Shown: piece after piece, positions 58,827-64,000 of the stretch
Position numbering within the stretch: the stretch's first letter is position 1
Layout of the letters: each line of letters begins with the position of its first letter
Assembly: GCA_040006935.1 (NCBI GenBank)
Contig: JBDTVZ010000002.1
Span: 208,174 to 272,173, forward strand
Origin: Candidatus Dojkabacteria bacterium
GTDB taxonomy: Bacteria > Patescibacteriota > Dojkabacteria > J137
Reading direction: 5' to 3'
Length of the DNA stretch: 64,000 nucleotides
Position numbers and translations under genes: made by a program
The notes under the pieces: model-generated
Told to the model about the DNA's origin: nothing
Seen by the model: the letters and a program-made list of their open reading frames with translations, nothing else
Databases searched by the model: none

Positions 58827-59474
58827 TTAATTAATATATAGATGTACACTACTTCCAATTTGGAAAGTAGCACTTGGTGAAACCGTTATACTTCCTCCAT
58901 TTGATGCTGAACAATTAAATGTTTCACCTGAACTTACTGTTTTATTACTAATAGTTGAGCTACATGTGCTTGTAGCATTTATTAGATGTAAATAATGATC
59001 TCCAGATACATTATCTCTTTCAAAATATTTACCATCTCCATAGTTCCAATTCCATTCTGAAATAAATAGTGTATTATTTGAATGTACTTGTTCAACCCAC
59101 GCTACATGACCTGCCGTCCCTGCACCACCACTATTTGGCTCCCAGTTTGCTGGATTGCCTATACTAGGGTTACTATCAACAGTATATCCTATTTGTGCGG
59201 CATGTTCATCCCACGAACCGGCATCACCCATGGTAGTATTTTGCCCATTTGGACCAGTAGGATTGTTATTAAAGAATAATCCTGCTTGGTTAATTTTCCA
59301 CATAACATACGATGTGCAATTTCTTGTGAAGGTATTCCACTGGTCAATTTCATCTTCAGGTGAATTAGCATAGGGATAATCCACCTCATTACTTGGATAT
59401 GTCCATGCAAATACGATTGAGGGCATTAAAATAGCAATTAGGAGAGAAAAAGTTAATAATTTCAATTTCTTCAT
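58827..59474 (-). CDS. Secreted CHAP-domain peptidoglycan hydrolase
   Basis: Signal peptide; RNCTSYV (Cys), GDAGSW, GHVAWVE (His), ISEWNW. Confidence 0.9.
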   Translation of the reverse strand: MKKLKLLTFSLLIAILMPSIVFAWTYPSNEVDYPYANSPEDEIDQWNTFTRNCTSYVMWKINQAGLFFNNNPTGPNGQNTTMGDAGSWDEHAAQIGYTVDSNPSIGNPANWEPNSGGAGTAGHVAWVEQVHSNNTLFISEWNWNYGDGKYFERDNVSGDHYLHLINATSTCSSTISNKTVSSGETFNCSASNGGSITVSPSATFQIGSSVHLYIN

Positions 59475-59483
59475 TTTAAATTT

Positions 59484-60269
59484 TTAAAAGTTTATATCAA
59501 CATCACTATTAGGTTGATCTTTACCATCAACTTTATTTTTTCTCCCCAGGAAAGCTTTACCATTCTTTATTTCGATGTGATCAAAATAAGGTAAAGTCCC
59601 ATTTGATAATTTATCTGCGACCTTTTTAGTCTTGAAATTTTTGTCTTTTATATTATATTTCTTTAGTGACAAGCTTACCTGAGTACAATGGTTATCAACA
59701 CAAGAAGAATTAGGACTTAGGTATATTAGAACATTATCATCTATCCACTTAGTCTCGGGAGTGTAAAGTCCATTCAAATCAGTAACGATTCTTCCTGTAT
59801 AAATATCGATTAGTGATAGCCTTACCTCACCAGCGCTTTGTGCTCTTTCAGCTAGGACAAGGGTTTTGGAATCTGGGCTAATCGATATTGGGTATTTATA
59901 GTAACCAGAATTATCAAATTCAATTTGCTTTATAACTTTCTTATCTTTAAGTGAATAAACATAAATATACTTTTCTGCTCCCCAACTAGTTGAACTCTTG
60001 ATAGTGTAGTAAAACATATTTTTGTTCTGATCCCAGAATCCTTCATTAGAATCAATTTCAATTGGATTGCCTTTTGCAGTCTTAAAGACTTTACCATTGA
60101 TTATTTCAAAACTATCGTTTACTGACTCTTTGATATTTGGATAACTGGTAGGATAACTAGTTGCACTTAAACTAGAATCCACATTTGCAAATACCTGATT
60201 TATAGATAAGATTAAAACTACTAATATAATAGGTATGGTAGCTAAAAGGTTTTTATATTTAGTCTTCAT
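59484..60269 (-). CDS. Secreted beta-rich (partial propeller) hypothetical protein
   Basis: Signal peptide; ISISPDSKTLVL, WIDDNVLIY. Confidence 0.65.
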   Translation of the reverse strand: MKTKYKNLLATIPIILVVLILSINQVFANVDSSLSATSYPTSYPNIKESVNDSFEIINGKVFKTAKGNPIEIDSNEGFWDQNKNMFYYTIKSSTSWGAEKYIYVYSLKDKKVIKQIEFDNSGYYKYPISISPDSKTLVLAERAQSAGEVRLSLIDIYTGRIVTDLNGLYTPETKWIDDNVLIYLSPNSSCVDNHCTQVSLSLKKYNIKDKNFKTKKVADKLSNGTLPYFDHIEIKNGKAFLGRKNKVDGKDQPNSDVDINF

Positions 60270-60286
60270 AAAGTTATAGATTAAAA

Positions 60287-61159
60287 TTAATTACTGGGCA
60301 TACCACTTTCTAATTTATCCAACCTTGTTTCCAATTCATTGATCTTTTTATCTTGTTGGATTGTGTAAAGGGTTAACTCTTCAATCTTTGCCATTTGACG
60401 AATTTGCATATCTGCTACAGAAATACCTGCTGTTTCAACTTGAACAGCAGAAGGTATGTCTGGCAAATGTTTATTTTCTGCAATAAAATTTTCAAGATTA
60501 CTTAAGGACATTAATTGGTAATTATTGTCAAAAACATAGTCAGCCCACCCACTGTTTGTAACTATCAATTCTTTTGTTTTTATAGTTCCATTAACGTTAA
60601 GCTTACTATCTGTGGTAGTTGTTCCAATCCCAACATTCCCATTTGTTCCAATATAAATATCAGTATTTATTCCTGCCCCGATTCCGCTTGTTCTTCCAAA
60701 GTATAATCCAGCATTATTTAATACACTCATCCCATATTTTTGACTTGTTCCATTATTTGGAATCACTACAAGAGTAGACCCTCCATTAATTGGAGCTTGC
60801 GCAGCAGTACCTCCAGTGGAACTAATGAATAAGTCCCTGAACACTCCCGACCCCGACCCCGCCGTTCTTCCAAAATATAATCCATCACTTATTACATTTG
60901 TCATTCCGAATTTTTGACTGGTTCCATTACTTGGAATTACTACGAAAGTTGACCCACCGTTTGTAGTTTGTTTACTTTGAATTTCTCCTGTAATATCTAA
61001 CTTTGTTGATGGTGTTAATGTACCGAGGCCTACGTTACCATCGTTATAATACATAGAAGTTCCATTTGTCGACCATTGCCCTATTGTTGCACTAATTAAT
61101 TCTGGCTGTATTACGATTAACAATAGTAATATCGACAGAAAGAGAACACTTTTCTTCAT
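60287..61159 (-). CDS. Secreted fibre-like protein with GNVGIGT repeats and C-terminal WADYVF/HLPDIPSA domain
   Basis: Signal peptide; GNVGLGT and GNVGIGT; WADYVF...HLPDIPSA...KIEELTLY plus coiled coil. Confidence 0.8.
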   Translation of the reverse strand: MKKSVLFLSILLLLIVIQPELISATIGQWSTNGTSMYYNDGNVGLGTLTPSTKLDITGEIQSKQTTNGGSTFVVIPSNGTSQKFGMTNVISDGLYFGRTAGSGSGVFRDLFISSTGGTAAQAPINGGSTLVVIPNNGTSQKYGMSVLNNAGLYFGRTSGIGAGINTDIYIGTNGNVGIGTTTTDSKLNVNGTIKTKELIVTNSGWADYVFDNNYQLMSLSNLENFIAENKHLPDIPSAVQVETAGISVADMQIRQMAKIEELTLYTIQQDKKINELETRLDKLESGMPSN

Positions 61160-61301
61160 GAATAGAAGTTAATAAATAAAATTAAAAAGTGATTAATATT
61201 ATCCTGCACAATTCTTTATACTACTGAGAAGATTGTAACTTACTAATTTAGGAATAGCATTGTGCCGCAATACAAATTCGGAGAGAAAATCACTATAGGA
61301 T

Positions 61302-61553
61302 TTAAATGACCTCTTTAACCAGCCCGATCTCAATATTCTCTACTATCCCAAACAAATAAGCGATTTCAACTTTACTCAAATCCAACGCCTCTGCAATTGC
61401 AAACAAAGTTTCTTTTGTTGGATTTACTTTGCCTGATTCTAGTCTCGAAAGACTTCCGTCTGACGCTTCTATCAATCTTTCGAGTTTTAATTGACTTATT
61501 AGAGCACGCAGCCTGAAATACCTTACTTTTTTTCCTATTTTTTGACTTTGCAT
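61302..61553 (-). CDS. XRE-family HTH regulator
   Basis: IGKKVRYFR...ISQ..L......LSRLESGKVNPTKETL..IAEAL. Confidence 0.88.
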   Translation of the reverse strand: MQSQKIGKKVRYFRLRALISQLKLERLIEASDGSLSRLESGKVNPTKETLFAIAEALDLSKVEIAYLFGIVENIEIGLVKEVI

Positions 61554-61670
61554 TTGCTTAAGTTAAAAAAGCAGGAGTGATAAAAGAAAACGAACAAAAT
61601 AAGATTATTCTGCTATAATCTTCTAGATTCTCCCAAGAATCGATTTAGCTGATTATGTTGCTCCAACAAC

Positions 61671-61943
61671 TTAGTCAGCTTTTATATTTAATATAGTTTT
61701 CCAAATATCAAAACTTACTCCCTTAGAATCCAACTCTAAAAAGGCTAAGCCTTTAACAAAGTTAGGATTAAAAATATCTTCAACTTCAAATCCAAGAATA
61801 TAGGCTTTTTCCACAACATTGATTCCTAGATCGAAACATAATTCGTCGATAGAATCTTTATCGACTATTTTTAAACTATCTGTGACAATGTTCTTCGATT
61901 CTAGAACTTCTTCTAGCCTCTCTTTAAGAGTAGGTACTGACAT
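61671..61943 (-). CDS. Hypothetical acidic small protein
   Basis: 90-aa ORF, ATG start. Confidence 0.5.
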   Translation of the reverse strand: MSVPTLKERLEEVLESKNIVTDSLKIVDKDSIDELCFDLGINVVEKAYILGFEVEDIFNPNFVKGLAFLELDSKGVSFDIWKTILNIKAD

Positions 61944-62169
61944 AAACAGTAAGGTAATAAATAAATTATGATAACCTCTGTAATCCTTACCTGATTATAA
62001 ATCCGAGCAGTTAAAATTTCAACACTTTGTAAATTTTGACTATACAGAATTGTATAAATAGCTTTGACATCACATCTATCTAGAATTCTTACTGGGTTTG
62101 TAATTTAATATCATATCCTCTAGAGATATAGATTATGTTAGAATCAAAACAACATATTACAAATTTTCT

Positions 62170-62922
62170 ATGGGAAAAATTGAAATTTCTTTACAAGAAT
62201 ATGGATTAAGTGACGTAGAAAGTAAGCTTTATTTTGCACTCCTTAAAGGTGGAGCATCTACTGTTATCGACTTAGCCAAGAGAACAGCTTTGAATAGAGC
62301 AACAGCCCATATAAATTTGAAATCCTTAATTGAGCTAGGATTGGCATCGGAATTACATAAGGGAAACAAAAGAGTAATAATTGCAGAACCACCAGAAAAA
62401 CTTTCATACTTAGTTGAACAAGAGAAATGGAAGCTCAAAAGGAAGGAAGATAATTTAAAAGATGTTGTAGGATCTATTTACGATATGGTGGACAATGTGA
62501 AGGAGAATACATTTTCTCAGGTAAAGTATTACGAAGGGAAGAAAGCGGTATCAAAACTCTATGATGAAATATTGAAGTCTAAAGAAATTAGATCCTATGC
62601 CAATACAGAAGAAATCACAAAGATCTTTCCGGAAAACTTTGACTTATTTATAAATTATGCCAAGCAAAAAGGTGAACTTTGGGATCTACTTATTAGTAAT
62701 CCTCATTCTGAGCAATATATTAATTTAAAGGATATTCCAAAATATCATCTTAAATACTTCCCTGAAAACATGAGCTTTGAACCGTGTGACTATTTAATTT
62801 ATGAAGATAAAATAGCAACTATTTACGGAGAAAGAAAACCCTATGCTATCGTAATAAAGAATGAATTATTAGCGAAAAATGCTTTAAATATTCACAAATT
62901 GCTCTGGAACTTGTTACCTTGA
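62170..62922 (+). CDS. TrmB-family transcriptional regulator
   Basis: YGLSDVESKLYFALL..G...LNRAT...L..LGL, AEPPEKL, YYEG, LIYEDKIA, LLW. Confidence 0.9.
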   Translation: MGKIEISLQEYGLSDVESKLYFALLKGGASTVIDLAKRTALNRATAHINLKSLIELGLASELHKGNKRVIIAEPPEKLSYLVEQEKWKLKRKEDNLKDVVGSIYDMVDNVKENTFSQVKYYEGKKAVSKLYDEILKSKEIRSYANTEEITKIFPENFDLFINYAKQKGELWDLLISNPHSEQYINLKDIPKYHLKYFPENMSFEPCDYLIYEDKIATIYGERKPYAIVIKNELLAKNALNIHKLLWNLLP

Positions 62923-62924
62923 GT

Positions 62925-63788
62925 TTACTCAGGCTTTTCAGCATAAATAATTTGATACAATGATGCCCTATCACTCCATTCGTCCATCCATTTAATATCA
63001 AAATTCTCTTGCATATTAGCTAGTTCAGCTTTTAATCTTTTTCCCATTGCTCCGTTCATCGAAGCTCTTAAATTAACTATCTTTATATTTGCAAAACCCG
63101 CATCATTCATTAATCTATAGATAGTTTCAGGTCTCCAACAATAATCAACAAAGTCAACTTTTTCACCTCTATAAGACTCCAATGAATTATTGAAGGGTTT
63201 TCCATCTGCATAAATTGCATCACTTGGAAGACTATGGTGATAATACCTATAGTGAGAATCATCGCTCAAACTATCAGGATTTAATTGCAATGTTGCAAAC
63301 AAACCACCTGGTGCTAAAGCATTATAAGTCTTTCTTATAAGACCATCTAACGATTCGATTTTACTTATAGTCGGAATCACAAATCCTGCAAATGCAGCAT
63401 TAAATTTTCCTAATGAATCCGGAATAGGAGAATTTTCTGGAACGTAAGCAAAAGCCATATCTTCTCGCTCTGAATATCTATCATTAGCTTTCTCTACATT
63501 CTCCGGTTGAATATCAATACCAACAACCTGACTTGCCTCTGCACCAGCGACTAATTTTTCTGTATTTGTTCCATTTAGACAACCAATATCTAGAACCCTT
63601 CCACCTGTCGCATAGAATTTAATTAGTTCGAAGGCTACTTTATATGGAGCAATGTCACTAGGGATGGCCTCTTGAAGTAATTTATCGTACTGCTCTGACA
63701 ACCCATTTACCCACCGAGTTTCTGGTAAACCAGCTCCCCAGAATTGTTTGTTTAAATCATCCATTTGTAGAATTTTATGTAATGTCAT
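62925..63788 (-). CDS. Class I SAM-dependent methyltransferase
   Basis: RVLDIGCLNG, VVGIDI, ALAPGG, AGF. Confidence 0.85.
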   Translation of the reverse strand: MTLHKILQMDDLNKQFWGAGLPETRWVNGLSEQYDKLLQEAIPSDIAPYKVAFELIKFYATGGRVLDIGCLNGTNTEKLVAGAEASQVVGIDIQPENVEKANDRYSEREDMAFAYVPENSPIPDSLGKFNAAFAGFVIPTISKIESLDGLIRKTYNALAPGGLFATLQLNPDSLSDDSHYRYYHHSLPSDAIYADGKPFNNSLESYRGEKVDFVDYCWRPETIYRLMNDAGFANIKIVNLRASMNGAMGKRLKAELANMQENFDIKWMDEWSDRASLYQIIYAEKPE

Positions 63789-63852
63789 TATACCAGACTA
63801 ATCAATAAAAATGAACAAATTGTCATTGATTGGCAGCAATTTTTTTGTCTAA

Positions 63853-64000
63853 TTATTTTAATATATTCCACATAAAATCAAAGATTGCCTTTGTATTCTC
63901 GTAGTAGTCTTTATTATCAATAATAACTCCTGTAATCGAGTCTTTGAAATTAACAAGCGCTACTTTATTATCGAACATTAAAATATCAACAGCTGATAAA
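63853..64000 (-). CDS. C-terminal end of a third TrmB-family regulator (5' part outside window)
   Basis: Manual translation ...DILMFDNKVALVNFKDSITGVIIDNKDYYENTKAIFDFMWNILK* parallels the C-termini of the other two TrmB proteins. Confidence 0.75.
   Translation of the reverse strand, partial: LSAVDILMFDNKVALVNFKDSITGVIIDNKDYYENTKAIFDFMWNILK

Noticed and set aside
56742-61943. Prophage
   Set aside because: No integrase, terminase, portal, capsid or holin; the CHAP and fibre proteins carry signal peptides.
1-64000. CRISPR array, tRNA or rRNA genes
   Set aside because: No regularly spaced repeat-spacer series and no cloverleaf or rRNA signatures noticed by eye; a dedicated scan would be needed to exclude them fully.

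Overview
AT-rich bacterial chromosomal window with standard genetic code 11 (AhcY ends at its canonical HYRY with a TGA stop). Gene content suggests a Patescibacteria/CPR genome, possibly Dojkabacteria-like; this is inference from DUF4012 proteins, archaeal-type UMP kinase, three TrmB paralogues, cohesin/dockerin proteins and few Shine-Dalgarno sites. No rRNA, tRNA, CRISPR array, transposase or integrase was recognised. The first ~46 kb is mostly housekeeping and envelope genes (dnaG, rpiB, uppP, greA, ahcY, trxAB, pyrH, trpS, gatB, rnj, rodA/ftsW, glycosyltransferases). The last ~18 kb is accessory and rich in secreted proteins. Most notable: (1) a divergent Elp3 + Trm9/ALKBH8-like methyltransferase pair suggesting a bacterial mcm5U34 tRNA pathway; (2) a 21-bp (7-codon) palindromic element inserted precisely into other repeats and in-frame into two proteins; (3) heptamer arrays translated in-frame, two of them at the junctions of the YbaK-TrpRS and TsaC-TsaE fusions; (4) a gene run encoding a circularly permuted M23 peptidase, a dockerin protein and a membrane-anchored cohesin protein; (5) a leader-peptide attenuator plus an SD-displaying hairpin upstream of a GNAT gene; (6) recurrent -10 boxes 6-7 nt before start codons, suggesting leaderless mRNAs; (7) a secreted CHAP/fibre-protein island. 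All family assignments come from motif recognition by eye, not database searches.
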